Assembly: GCA_964016885.1 (NCBI GenBank)
Contig: OZ024741.1
Location: forward strand, 231,694,001-231,758,000
Direction: 5' to 3'
From: Eledone cirrhosa
Taxonomy: Eukaryota
DNA length: 64,000 bases
Position 1 is the stretch's first letter. Every line of letters starts with the position of its first letter. Positions 52,960-64,000 of this stretch are shown one piece after another. The position numbers and the translations under genes were made by a program. The notes beneath the pieces were generated by a model. The model had not been told where the DNA came from. It did no database searches and was given only the letters and a program-made list of their open reading frames with translations.

Positions 52960-55900
52960 ATAGAGGGATAGATAGATAGAAATATAGATATGTATCTTTA
53001 TTAGAGAAAAGGGGCACAAAAGAAGGTGACAAATACAAAGGAGGAAGTTTACATATAATAAAAACGTGTAAAATATTATCACAAATGCAATTTAAAAATT
53101 AGTCGATTTTCCCTCATAGGGAGAGACAGTTCATATGGGTAACACTTACCCCCGAAAAAATGTGCAACCCTCATCTCCAGGAGTACGAAGTGTTTGTACT
53201 CCATCCCTCTCCTCCTCTTTTTCCTCAACCTACAGGCTGATATAGAGAGATGGCCCATTCACTCGGTCCATTCTCGCCACTTTCACCCACCTTTCATAAA
53301 ACTTGCTGGGGTACAGCACCTCTCTCTCCATCATGATTCTACTTCTAAAGTGGTATTTGAAAAAAAGAATCAGTTGTTGGCCGGAGACAAAGGTGTCTGA
53401 TCTCAGCCCTTTCAACCTTGTCCACCATACAACCTCTTTTGCCATAGCTATCACAGAAAAGAAAAGCGCCTCTCCTCTCCTTCGTTTTTGAAGGAGGGTG
53501 GCGGTTTGAGCATGACAATGGACTCGGTGGTCAAGCGGATTGTTCCCACCCGCGACAATAGTCGTTCTACATAGCCCCACAGGTCGGTGACGCCGGGGCA
53601 GTGTATGAATGCGTGCGCGACGGTTTCTTCGTCTCGCACGCACCTCGGACAGATCTTTTTTGCAGGGTCCCTGCCCGGGCGCCCATGTCTGTAGAGCTTG
53701 TCTCGAACTGGTACAGCTCCTCGGTAGCATTGCCAGGCCAGGGACTTTTGGAAGTTGTCCATCGGTTCCGGGCGGAAGGTCCTACCGAATAGACTGGCCA
53801 GCTCATCTTCCTCTACGCCTAGAGTTTCACCGAGCGCGTCGTCGCACTTGCTGCGGATCAACACTCAATAGAATGACGAAGTTGAGTCTCCACTGATCCC
53901 CGTATCCGCCTGCCAGATGGCTGTGAGCGCCTGAGCACATTCGATGTTCCAGTCGCCCATTTTCCTTGGTCTTTGCTTGACCCAGGACTGCAGCTCGGTC
54001 AGCGAGACGAGTCGTGGGAAGGCTCGCCTCACGAACGGGACCCACACCGGTTGTCCGGTGAGGAATACGTAAAGATGCCGCAGCCTGAGCGCGTGTTTGT
54101 GCATCGACAGCCACGGAATACCCAGCCCTCCGTTGGAAGGGTGTTGGCAGAAGATGGATCTTCTCACCAAAGGAGACCGCCTCTTCCAAAGGAATTGGAA
54201 GAGAGCGCGCTCCATTTTGGTGAGCGTTTTGGCTGGACAAGGCACGACGGTCAAGCGGTAGTAGATGGCGGACGCTATAAAAGTGTTCGCCACCTCCGCT
54301 CGACCTTTCAAGGATAGTTTGCACTCGGCCCACTTCTGGGTGAGTGCAAACACCTTGGCCGTCACCTCGTTCCAGTTCTTCCCCACCTGGAGGTCCGGAC
54401 CAACCCAGACCCCGAGTAGCTTTAGAGCTCCTTCCGTCCAGCGTCCGACGACGCCACCGGAAGGCATCGGTTTGCCTCTCCACAATTCGAGTTGCAAACC
54501 GATGGATTTGTCCCGATTCAGCTTCGCTCCTGTGAAACTTTCGTATTCCTTCAGTAAGCTGCCGACTTCCACGATTTGCGAGGCGCTCGACACCATCACT
54601 GTTATGCCGTCGGCGAAGGCAGACGCCGCTTTCCGCAGTCCCGGTTCCAGAGGGATGCCCTGCAATAGCTCCAACTTCCGCAGTAGTGGCTCGAGAGTCA
54701 GTACGTAGAGAAGGGAGGAGAAAGGGCATCCCTGTCGAATGGATCGCGTGATATGGAACGGTTCCGAGAGGTAGCCGCTCACCGTGACTCTTGAGCAGAT
54801 GTTGCTTTTGTGCATTGCAGCAATCCAGCCCCTGAACACAAGCCCGAAGTCTGCCGCCTCGAGCACCGCATTCAGGTAACGATGGTCAACCCTATCGAAA
54901 GCCTTAGACTGATCCAAGTTGATCAGGGCCCCACCGAAGCCGGGTTTACACCCTACCCTCTCTATGATGTATCGCATGAGGTGGAGGTTGTCGGCACAGT
55001 CGGAAAATCTAGTCGATAACTATCGGCCAGGTCAAATCGGTCGATTAACTGTTTGAAGCTGTTACACCAACCTTTATTGGGACATGCTCCCACATAGTCC
55101 CAACGTGCATCTCTGATTCCATTCCAGTCCCCCACTAAAATCAAGGAGCGGCACGTTCCCAGAAAAGTCTCTAGACGTTTGAAGAAGTCTGGCCGCGGTG
55201 TCCCGGATGGGGCATATGCAGTCACCAGCCTGAAGGCTCCACCTTCACTACCCTCAACGTCTAGGACCACCAGTCGACCCTTCGGGTCCAGATGTACCGT
55301 CTGTGTTACGAGGCCCAGGTGTTTTCGCAGCAAAACGGCAACCCCGCCCCACCCCCCTGCCGACAGAGAGATGCGTAGATCTCAAAGTCATCGAAGATGG
55401 GGGCCAGCTGTCGCTCGCTGTGGATCCTGGACTCGCAAATGTCTACCACATCCAAACTGTGCGATCTGAGGTCGTTTAAGAGTTTGCCATGTTTCCAGGG
55501 CATCCCCAGGCCGCGTACGTTCACACATCCAACTCTTATATTGGCCATGTTGGTGCTGAACATTTAAAAGAGGAAAAAAATCACTCACCCTTCGTCTCCT
55601 GGGGACCAGGCTGCACGGTTTCCATGGGGGTATTGGAGGGGTTGTCTGGGTGGGTGGTGGTTTCCGGCGGGATGGGGACGGAGATGTTTGGTGGGGTGGG
55701 GTCTGGTGGGATGGGGGTGTCTGGGGTGGGGAGACATTTGAGAAGAACGCGGTTATGTGGTTTCACGCAGCAATTCCCCACATCCTTTTCAAATGTTTCT
55801 TTTAGGGACCTATAAGTTTGTATAGTATAGTGATCCTAATCAGTTTTAGGTTCAGTTTTTTTGTTATTTTTAATAGAGTGGGCGAAAGTTTTCCCTTCGG

Positions 55901-56450
55901 TTTTCACCGAAGGGTTGTTCGTGATGGTCTCCATTAATGTTTTGTTTTTAGTGTTTATGTAAGTGTAAGTGTAATTTTCTTGTGTTGTGTTTGTTTTTGT
56001 CTGTAGTTCTTGTGTGTGCTTTCGTTTTGTTGTAGGTTTTTTTTTTTTCAGGAGGTGGGGGTTTTGTTTCTGATGTTTTTGTTGTTTGTGTTGGTGGTTG
56101 TATGTTTGTGGTAGTGTTTGCTGGTTTTTGCTTTTGTGATGTCTTTTCTTTCTTTTCGAGCGATGGGGTTCTTCCTCGTCTTCACTGGGTGATGGCGAGA
56201 TAGCCTCATCTGTTGTATTGTATGTGTGATTGGGGAGGGGTATGACTTGGGGAGCTGTTGTGTCTGTATGTGATTTTGCAGTTGGTCAAAATTTCTTGTA
56301 AACACAATTAAATCTTTCATGGTGGAGGGTGGGTGATGGGGGTGGCTGAACTTGCCTGTAGAACAATTAGGGAGTGGGTGGAGCCGGTCAAATGTTGAAA
56401 GTGAATTATATCCAGCATATTCTAAGGAATGCGTATGAAATTAGACTACT
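52960..56450 (-). mobile_element. Degenerate L1/Tx1-clade LINE: ORF1 remnant, ORF2 (55563 to ~53230) with frameshifts and an internal deletion near 54990, 3' UTR with AATAAA
   Basis: APE: VGCVNVRGL, GRLVVLDV, YAPS, LVGDWN. RT: LDQSKAFDRVDH, IRQGCPFS, AFADG, LNRDKS, GGLG. C-terminal CPRC..EETVAHAFIHC. AATAAA at 52997-53002. Confidence 0.85.
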
Positions 56451-56814
56451 TAGAAAGCAGGCGAAAAAAGAATTCTGGAGGAATCTGATAGTGGGAAGTT
56501 ATAAATTAAAAGTTTAATAAATTGAGATAAAAAAAAAAATGATAAAAAATAATAGAAAAAACCTAGAGTCGAAAGCAGCTGCTATATTTTTAGCTGGTAA
56601 TGAATTTCGGCCAATGCTATATAGAATTTACTGGGGTTGGGATACTGAGGCTACAAAAGCAGGATGGGCTGCCTCATGATAGGCGAAAGAGGAAAAAGGA
56701 AAAGGAAGGGGTGAGGGTGTGTATGGAAGTGAGAAGAAGAGATAAAGGGAAAAAAGAAAAGAAGTACATCTACCTATGTATGCCGGGGTTTGCCCTATCT
56801 TGTTCGGCATTATA

Positions 56815-56901
<87 letters not shown>

Positions 56902-57698
56902 GTATATGCATTTGCGTATGTATATTTTTGCAGACTAGTGTGTTTATACCCTTGTGTCTATGGCATGTGTACATTTATATATATGTGCACGCGTATTTTA
57001 ACTTTTTACCTTTATACGTTTGAGTTCTTAGTCTTAACACACATATATATGTATGCATATGTATATATATATATATATATATAAATCGCTGTAGCCTACA
57101 TAGAGCACTCTCTTTTCCTTTACCTTTCCTACGGAAACACTTCATATATATAAATATATATATATGTAAAAATATATATATAAATATATGAGTGTGTGTT
57201 TGTGTGTGTGTATTTATATGCGTATGTGTATGTGTACGTATATGTGTGTGTGTATGTGTATATCCGTGTATATGTATGTTTGTGTATATATATATGTATG
57301 AATATATATATATATATATATATATAATTTTTCTGCTTTTGGCACGGATCCAGCGACTGGCCAGCGCATCACTGGTACTCTCTTTTGTTGACTCCGTGGA
57401 GAGCCATAACTCTATGCTGTAAAGCAATTATAGTAATACTGGACTGTAATACGATCGGCTTCAACTATACAAACTCTTGAAAGTCAACAGTTGACATAAT
57501 CTGGTAATCTTGTATCAGTAATGACGGTAATATATATATATATATGTGTGTGTGTGCGTGTAAGTGAGTAGAGTAGCGTGTGTGTGTGTTTGTTGTGTGT
57601 GTGAGTGTTGCTGTGTGCACGCATATGTATGCGTGTGTGTGTATGTCGTACGTATAAGTGTCAATAAGTAATTTTTTTTTTTTTTTTTTTTTTTTTTT

Positions 57699-58001
57699 GC
57701 GCGGGGACATAGAAATAATCGGGCTGGATGCCCGATCGCGCAGTTAAACCACTGGGAGTGAAGAACCCCTAGCCCATGTCAGGGTATTCTTCTAGGAGAA
57801 GGCATCTCAGGAAACTGGGTTAACTCCGATATAAAACCTGCGGCTCAGTAGTTACCGATGATGTTGATCTTTTCTTCTTTTCGGGTTATAGCTACTGTCG
57901 CTCAGAGAGTGGGATTGGTTCAGTGCACAGTCTTTCCTCACTTTAAAAATATTCGTCACGCACAGGCATTGCACGAGTGCATTAATAATTATTAATAGTG
58001 T

Positions 58002-58036
<35 letters not shown>

Positions 58037-61000
58037 TATTATTACTTTTTTTTTTTTTTTTTTTTTTCCAATTCAATGATGTTCCAGAACAATGTAAACG
58101 AGATAATTGCCAATTTGGGTTCTGGAACAAAAGAGATCATTGGCAATAAGGGCAGGGGCCCCAAGTTATCACAACCTGGGCCCGCCCGTCATCGTGCCAT
58201 TGTAATAGAGCCAAACAGGGCATTTAGTCTTGGCTGCTGGAACGTACGGACGCTGCTTGACGGGGATTCTTTGGAGCGTCCTGAACGAAGGACCGCTCTT
58301 GTTGCGAAGGAGCTTCGACGTTACGATCTTGACATCGTGGCTTTGTCTGAGACGAGGTTAGCTGGAGATGGTCATCTTGCGGAATTTTGTGGAGAATATA
58401 CATTCTTCTGGAAAGGAAGAGATGAAGGAACCAGAAGAGAGGCTGGGGTGGGATTTGCTGTTAAGACTGTACTGGTGAATAAATTAGAAGAATTCCCAGT
58501 GGGGATTAGTGAGCGTCTTATGTCCATGAGAGTTCCGCTGGACAAGGGAAGATATGCTACCCTGGTGAGTGTGTATGCTCCAACTATGAATTCTGTCGAT
58601 GAAGAAAAACTGTCCTTTTACCATGCCTTGAAAGGTGTTTTAAGAAATATTCCTCAGGCAGACAAAGTCATCGTGCTTGGTGACTTTAATGCTAGAGTGG
58701 GTAGGGATTTTAACACATGGAATGTAATCGGAAGGCATGGGGTGGGAAAGTGTAACAGCAATGGTATGCTCTTGCTGCAGATGTGTGAGGAGCTGGATCT
58801 GTGTGTTACCAACACCATGTTCCAAGAAAAGAACAAATTCAAGACCACATGGATGCATCCTGCATCTAAGGAATGGCATCTTTTGGACTACGTCCTAGTC
58901 AGGATGCGTGACAGACAGGATGTGCAGTGTGTTCGTGTTCTTCGTGGAGCTGAGTGCTGGACGGACCACCGCCTGGTGCGCGCAAAAGTGAATCTAATCA
59001 CCAAACGTAAAATCCGGGCTCCTGGTGTTACCCTGCCCAAAAGATTGAATGCTGCTCGTCTTAAGGATAAAAATGTGAAGAGGACATTGGAAGAAGAGAT
59101 GCAGGCTGCAGATCTTGGTGAGGATTGGCCGACCCTTAAAAAGTCGGTTTATGATGTAGGCAGGCGTGTTCTGGGATTGGTGCAGAGAAAACATCAGGAC
59201 TGGTTTAATGAGAATGATGTACATATAGAAGACTTGTTGGCTGATAAGAGGCGTGCTCTGTCACGCTACTTGACGGCAAAACCACAGGAGAGGAATACGT
59301 TGCATGAGGAGCTCAGGGATGTAAAATCACGTGTTAGGCGGAGTCTTTCTCAGATGAAGGATCAGTGGTGGAGTGAGAAGGCTGGTGAGATACAAACTGC
59401 GTCTGATTGCAATAACACAAAGCTGTTGTACAGTCTCTTGCGTGAGGTTTATGGACCGTCTTCTTCTCTGGTGACACCGATTCGCAGCAGGGATGGCAAA
59501 GAACTTCTTCGTGACTCACAGGGAATTCTACGAAGGTGGCGAGAGCACTTTGATGATCTTTTGAATCAGCCGTCTGTCGTCAGTGAAGATTTCCTCAATC
59601 TCATTCCGGAAAGTCCTGTGAAAGTAGCTCTCGCAGAACCTCCGACACTTGTGGAGGTTGCAGTGGCTATTTCGAAGCTGAACAGTGGAAGATCTCCAGG
59701 TATGGATGGCATACATGCTGAGCTCCTACAATATGGTGGTGAGAGACTCCTGCAACATCTTCACTCTCTGTTTGGAAGGATATGGGCTAATGAATCCGTG
59801 CCTGAGGACTGGAGAGATGCAGTAATGGTGGTCTTGTACAAGGGAAAGGGTAACAGGAATGATTGTGGGAACTACAGAGGTATATCATTGCTTTCTGTCG
59901 TGGGGAAAGTTTTATGTAGGGTGCTTCTGGACCGTCTGCTGACACACATTGCAGATTGTGTCCTTCCTGAAAGTCAATCTGGTTTTCGTGTTGGACGCGG
60001 CACTACTGATATGATCTTCTCAGCTAGACAGCTCCAGGAGAAGTGCATTGAACAGGGCTTGGATCTGTATCAGGTTTTTGTCGATCTGACAAAGGCTTTC
60101 GATACTGTCAACAGAGATGCATTATGGAAGATTCTCCAGAAACTTGGTTGCCCTGATAAGTTCCTTGCTTTAGTTAGGTCTTTCCATGACGACATGAAGG
60201 CTTGGGTTAATGTCGGAGGTAACATGTCGGAGCCTATCTCAGTAAAAAATGGAGTGAAACAGGGGGATATTCCAGCACCGACCCTGTTTGCCATATACTT
60301 TGCAATGGTTTTCTGTGTTGCATTCAGGAATTGCGAGCATGGTGTTTACATCCGATATCGAACCTCAGGCAGCATATTTAACATCAGGCGCTTTGCTGCG
60401 AAGACAAAGGTATTTACATCAGTCATAAGAGACCTCTTGTATGCAGATGATTGCGATCTTGTAGCGCACACAGAGAGTGATATGCAGCACATTTTGAATG
60501 TATTTTCTGACGCTTGCACTGCCCTGGGTTTGACTGTCAGTCTCAAGAAAACCGTCGTCATGTACCAACCTGCACCTGGTAGGCAGTACACTGAACCAAA
60601 CATCTATGTGTATGGCAAACGACTTGGAGTGGTTGATCAGTTTGTCTACCTGGGAAGCACTGTCAATCGATACGGCAACCTTGACGGTGAAATCTCACTT
60701 AGGATTAGGAAAGCAAGTGATGCTTTCGGAAAGCTAGAAAGGCGACTCTGGGGTCGGCGAGACATATGCAGGAGGACAAAGGTAAGGGTGTACAGGGCAT
60801 GTGTACTCTCTTGTCTTCTTTATGCCTGCGAGACCTGGGTCACATATCGACGCCACCTTAGGCAATTGGAGCGTTTCCATCAGATGTGTCTCAGACGGAT
60901 ACATGGCGTTCGCTGGAGGGACCACATCAGTGATGTCGAGATTTTGGAAAGCTCTATGTGTGACAGTATAGAAGCTCTTGTGCTTAGGCAGCGACTCCGT

Positions 61001-61629
61001 TGGAGTGGTCACCTTGCCGGGATGAAGGATTCTAGAATACCAAAACAACTCTTCTATGGAGAGTTGGTTAAAGGAAAACGACCGCCACATAAACCAAAAA
61101 AGAGGTATAAGGATTCCTTGAAGGCCTCTCTGAAAGACGCTAACATCTCTGCTGATACATGGGAAAATATTGCTGCTGATCGTAATAAATGGAGAAAGAC
61201 TGTATATGAGGGAAAAGTTGCCTTTGAGGCATCTCGAATCGCACACGAGAAAGTAAAGCGGGACGTGAGGAAGGGTATTGCTGTTGCACTTCCAGACGGC
61301 GAGGGTCCTCCTATGTTTCTGACATGCAGCGTCTGTGCGAGACTCTGCCTAAGCAAAGCTGGACTCGAAAGTCATCTTCGCAGTCATAAAGTAAGACCAG
61401 TGGTTGACTACCAGGCTGCTGTTGGAGATGCTACTCATCATGCTTGCCAAACATGTGGTAGAGAATGTAAATCAGCAGGAGGACTCAAGCGACATGCAAA
61501 AGTACACGAACTCCAACCACAGCCGACTATTCCCAGTAAATGTTTTGGTTGCCGACTCTGTGCAAGACATTTTAGATCATTGGCTGGGCTAAAAAGCCAC
61601 ATTCGATCGCAGCACTGTTAGTTGCTATC

Positions 61630-61635
<6 letters not shown>
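57699..61635 (+). mobile_element. Apparently full-length RTE-clade (BovB-like) LINE
   Basis: Structured GC-richer 5' UTR containing CTAGGAGAAGG, single long ORF, (TG)n immediately after the stop. Confidence 0.85.
58076..61621 (+). CDS. Intact LINE polyprotein: APE endonuclease, reverse transcriptase and three C2H2 zinc fingers (1181 aa)
   Basis: WNVRTL, ALSETRL, YAPT, LGDFNARVG, TWMHP, LDYV, WTDHRLV; NYRGISLL, PESQSGFR, FVDLTKAFD, GVKQG, LLYADD, YLGS; CSVC..HLRSH, CQTC..HAKVH, CRLC..HIRSQH. True start codon uncertain. Confidence 0.95.
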   Translation: MMFQNNVNEIIANLGSGTKEIIGNKGRGPKLSQPGPARHRAIVIEPNRAFSLGCWNVRTLLDGDSLERPERRTALVAKELRRYDLDIVALSETRLAGDGHLAEFCGEYTFFWKGRDEGTRREAGVGFAVKTVLVNKLEEFPVGISERLMSMRVPLDKGRYATLVSVYAPTMNSVDEEKLSFYHALKGVLRNIPQADKVIVLGDFNARVGRDFNTWNVIGRHGVGKCNSNGMLLLQMCEELDLCVTNTMFQEKNKFKTTWMHPASKEWHLLDYVLVRMRDRQDVQCVRVLRGAECWTDHRLVRAKVNLITKRKIRAPGVTLPKRLNAARLKDKNVKRTLEEEMQAADLGEDWPTLKKSVYDVGRRVLGLVQRKHQDWFNENDVHIEDLLADKRRALSRYLTAKPQERNTLHEELRDVKSRVRRSLSQMKDQWWSEKAGEIQTASDCNNTKLLYSLLREVYGPSSSLVTPIRSRDGKELLRDSQGILRRWREHFDDLLNQPSVVSEDFLNLIPESPVKVALAEPPTLVEVAVAISKLNSGRSPGMDGIHAELLQYGGERLLQHLHSLFGRIWANESVPEDWRDAVMVVLYKGKGNRNDCGNYRGISLLSVVGKVLCRVLLDRLLTHIADCVLPESQSGFRVGRGTTDMIFSARQLQEKCIEQGLDLYQVFVDLTKAFDTVNRDALWKILQKLGCPDKFLALVRSFHDDMKAWVNVGGNMSEPISVKNGVKQGDIPAPTLFAIYFAMVFCVAFRNCEHGVYIRYRTSGSIFNIRRFAAKTKVFTSVIRDLLYADDCDLVAHTESDMQHILNVFSDACTALGLTVSLKKTVVMYQPAPGRQYTEPNIYVYGKRLGVVDQFVYLGSTVNRYGNLDGEISLRIRKASDAFGKLERRLWGRRDICRRTKVRVYRACVLSCLLYACETWVTYRRHLRQLERFHQMCLRRIHGVRWRDHISDVEILESSMCDSIEALVLRQRLRWSGHLAGMKDSRIPKQLFYGELVKGKRPPHKPKKRYKDSLKASLKDANISADTWENIAADRNKWRKTVYEGKVAFEASRIAHEKVKRDVRKGIAVALPDGEGPPMFLTCSVCARLCLSKAGLESHLRSHKVRPVVDYQAAVGDATHHACQTCGRECKSAGGLKRHAKVHELQPQPTIPSKCFGCRLCARHFRSLAGLKSHIRSQHC

Positions 61636-61667
<32 letters not shown>

Positions 61668-61746
61668 GCTTATGTGCGTGCGTGTGTGTGTATATATATA
61701 TGAATATGTATATTATTGTTGTTGTTGTCGTTATTAATATTATTGC

Positions 61747-61789
<43 letters not shown>

Positions 61790-61911
61790 GTTATTAATGT
61801 ATGTGTGTATATATGTGTGAGTGTATGTGTATGTATGTGTGTGTGTATATATGTATGTATGTGTATGTATGTGTGTGTGTATATATATGTGTATGTATAT
61901 ATATATGTATA

Positions 61912-61942
<31 letters not shown>

Positions 61943-61976
61943 CTTTTCCCTTTTTTTTTTTTTTTTTTTTTTTTTC

Positions 61977-62030
<54 letters not shown>

Positions 62031-62334
62031 TTTTTTTTTTTTTTATTTATTTATTTTTTTTTATTGTGCAATGGCCATACTCGATAACGAGGGGGCAGCC
62101 ATCATATATATATATATATAATTATATATGTTTCACTTATATCTGTGTGCATGTGTGTGTATATGTATATACCCATATGCTTTTATATATATATTGCTAT
62201 ATATTTTTATATATTACTTTTCTTACCCTTCTTTTTATACATTTTTTAATGTATATTTCCCGTTATTTTTTCCAGCCTCACTTCCATCCTTTAACAGATT
62301 TTCAATCTTATTTCATATTTTCTATCCATAACAT

Positions 62335-62402
62335 CTCTCTCTGATGACCGATCCAGACGTATATAAATATTGTCTGGGATCCAGAAACGTTTCGTAATGG
62401 AG
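62335..62402 (+). ncRNA. Type-I hammerhead motif, solitary
   Basis: ctctct-CTGATGA-cc GATCC AGAC..GTCT g GGATC ca-GAA ACG ttt CGT-A|atggag; stem I has one mismatch. Confidence 0.6.
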
Positions 62403-63129
62403 TAGTTATATTTTGTGTTGTTCACTTTCTAATTGAATATATATATATATATACACCCTAATATATTTATGAGAAAAAACTTCTTTACAATTGGATAAAC
62501 AAGGTATGCCCCTATTTAGAAAAATGATATCCCCTTATGAGTCAGTCACTTACACGCCAATGCCGTTGGCCTTCAATCTGGAACAAGCTGTTGAAAAGGC
62601 AACAGCTCAATCACCGGGGTAGCGACTCTTTATAAAATAGACACAATTTATTACCTGATGTATGATTACTTGGTTGTGTAATGATCTAGCCAGTTTCAAA
62701 CTGAATCCATCCTGATATATGCTTATATGCATATTTTGAAGAATGTAATCCTTCAACTTTGCGATTGATAGCGTATTATTCCTAAACATGTTGAAATATA
62801 TCTGTGAGGCCGTCTCATATTTCCCAATGTTTTATATTTATCTATTGACAGCTCCATCGGAAGTTACCATTACAGAGTCCCAGCGAATGAAATGGCAAAA
62901 GGAATGCTCAAGGATTGTCATAACACAGGTAATGAGTCCTTAGAATCAACTCAGTATTTGCATTAGGAATGCCAATATGTTACAGAATCGTGGTTGGTTG
63001 CGTTATCACTACGTGTACCATTAACGAATTTAATACTGATGTGGTCCCAGATTTGGCTTCTCCTGTGCGTTGCCTCTGTAATACAGATATCTACACATTA
63101 CTGCATGCTCTATTTACTTGACTAAGGAT

Positions 63130-63435
63130 ATAATAATTGTTTCTACGTTTGGCACAAGGCCAGAAATTATCCAGTGCATTACTGGTACTTTATTTTATCG
63201 ACTAAGGATATAATAATATGTGACCATTGGTTTCAAGATACGTTTTATAATTTCGCCCTTATGACATTTCTGATAAATTTGAAAGCTATATACTATTTCA
63301 GCCGCAAATATGGGTTTTTAATTTAAATGAAATTATGATTTAAAATGTTAAGGAACGTCCGAGTGCAATTTTTCAGTGTTAATATTTGATTCTACGTATA
63401 TACATATATATGTGTGTGTGTATGTGTGTGTGTGT

Positions 63436-63513
<78 letters not shown>

Positions 63514-64000
63514 GTATGGGGCTGATGGCTGGGAGAATTGACTGTTCAATATCGATGTAGAATGTTAATATTCCTTTTGTTAAGATACAATAGTGCGTCA
63601 TTTTACACTTGAGTTTCGCCCGTTTACATCAGATGACCCTGTGATCAACAGACGAAGCACCAGGGTAATAATTATTTCTATTTTAGGCACAAGGCTAGTA
63701 ACTCTGCGGGAGGGCAAATTTGATTAAATCGGCCTCAGTGCATTACTGGTGCTTTATTTTATCTACTTCGCAAAGATGAAGGAAATTGAACTCAGAACGC
63801 AAAGGGCCATAACTTCATACTGCAAAGCCTGGTGTCTGGCGCCTTATTGATCCTGCCAATAATAATTGTTTCTCCTTTTGGCACAAGGCCAGCAATTATC
63901 CCAGTGCATTACTGCTACATTATTTTATCGATTTCGCAAGGATGAAATGCAAAGTTAGCTCAGGGGGATTTGAACTCAGGACGTAAAGCGCCGTAACAAA
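63130..64000 (-). mobile_element. Cluster of octopus-type tRNA-derived SINE copies (63130-63205, 63670-63860, 63865-64000)
   Basis: Repeated GGCACAAGGCCAG..CCAGTGCATTACTGGTACTTTATTTTATCGA..GGATGAAATGCAAAG..TTTGAACTCAG; minus strand contains B-box-like GAGTTCAAATCC. Confidence 0.8.

Noticed and set aside
57699-57980. HDV-like ribozyme in the RTE 5' UTR
   Set aside because: Hairpins are present (CGGGC/GCCCG, GAAGAA-CCCT/AGGG-TTCTTC), but I could not build the nested double pseudoknot by eye; needs an RNArobo or Infernal search

Overview
AT-rich, (TA)n-dense eukaryotic DNA, almost certainly Octopus/cephalopod judging by an octopus-type tRNA-derived SINE (recognised from memory). No host protein-coding gene can be supported apart from a possible 25-nt micro-exon; most short ORFs in the track are microsatellite artefacts. 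The first ~46 kb is a graveyard of Penelope-like retroelements (PLEs: RT and GIY-YIG fragments of at least three lineages). They sit between (TA)n tracts, and many form fold-back inverted repeats with arms of 0.06-1.4 kb. Folding by eye on both strands gives roughly 14 families (>35 copies) of type-I hammerhead ribozyme (HHR) or HHR-like motifs. Two of these families form ORF-less tandem arrays (533-bp and ~490-bp units, one HHR per unit) that look like non-LTR retrozymes predicted to yield circular RNAs. Several families share non-canonical cores (U.U at the first stem II position, A4, U3-A8). The same region contains about three diverged tandem copies of an ~8-kb unit, one expanded to ~27 kb by these insertions. 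The last 18 kb holds a degenerate but terminus-bounded Helitron, a degenerate L1/Tx1-type LINE, an intact 1181-aa RTE-clade LINE ORF with C-terminal C2H2 fingers, and SINEs. All RNA structures were folded by hand; none was computed or tested.
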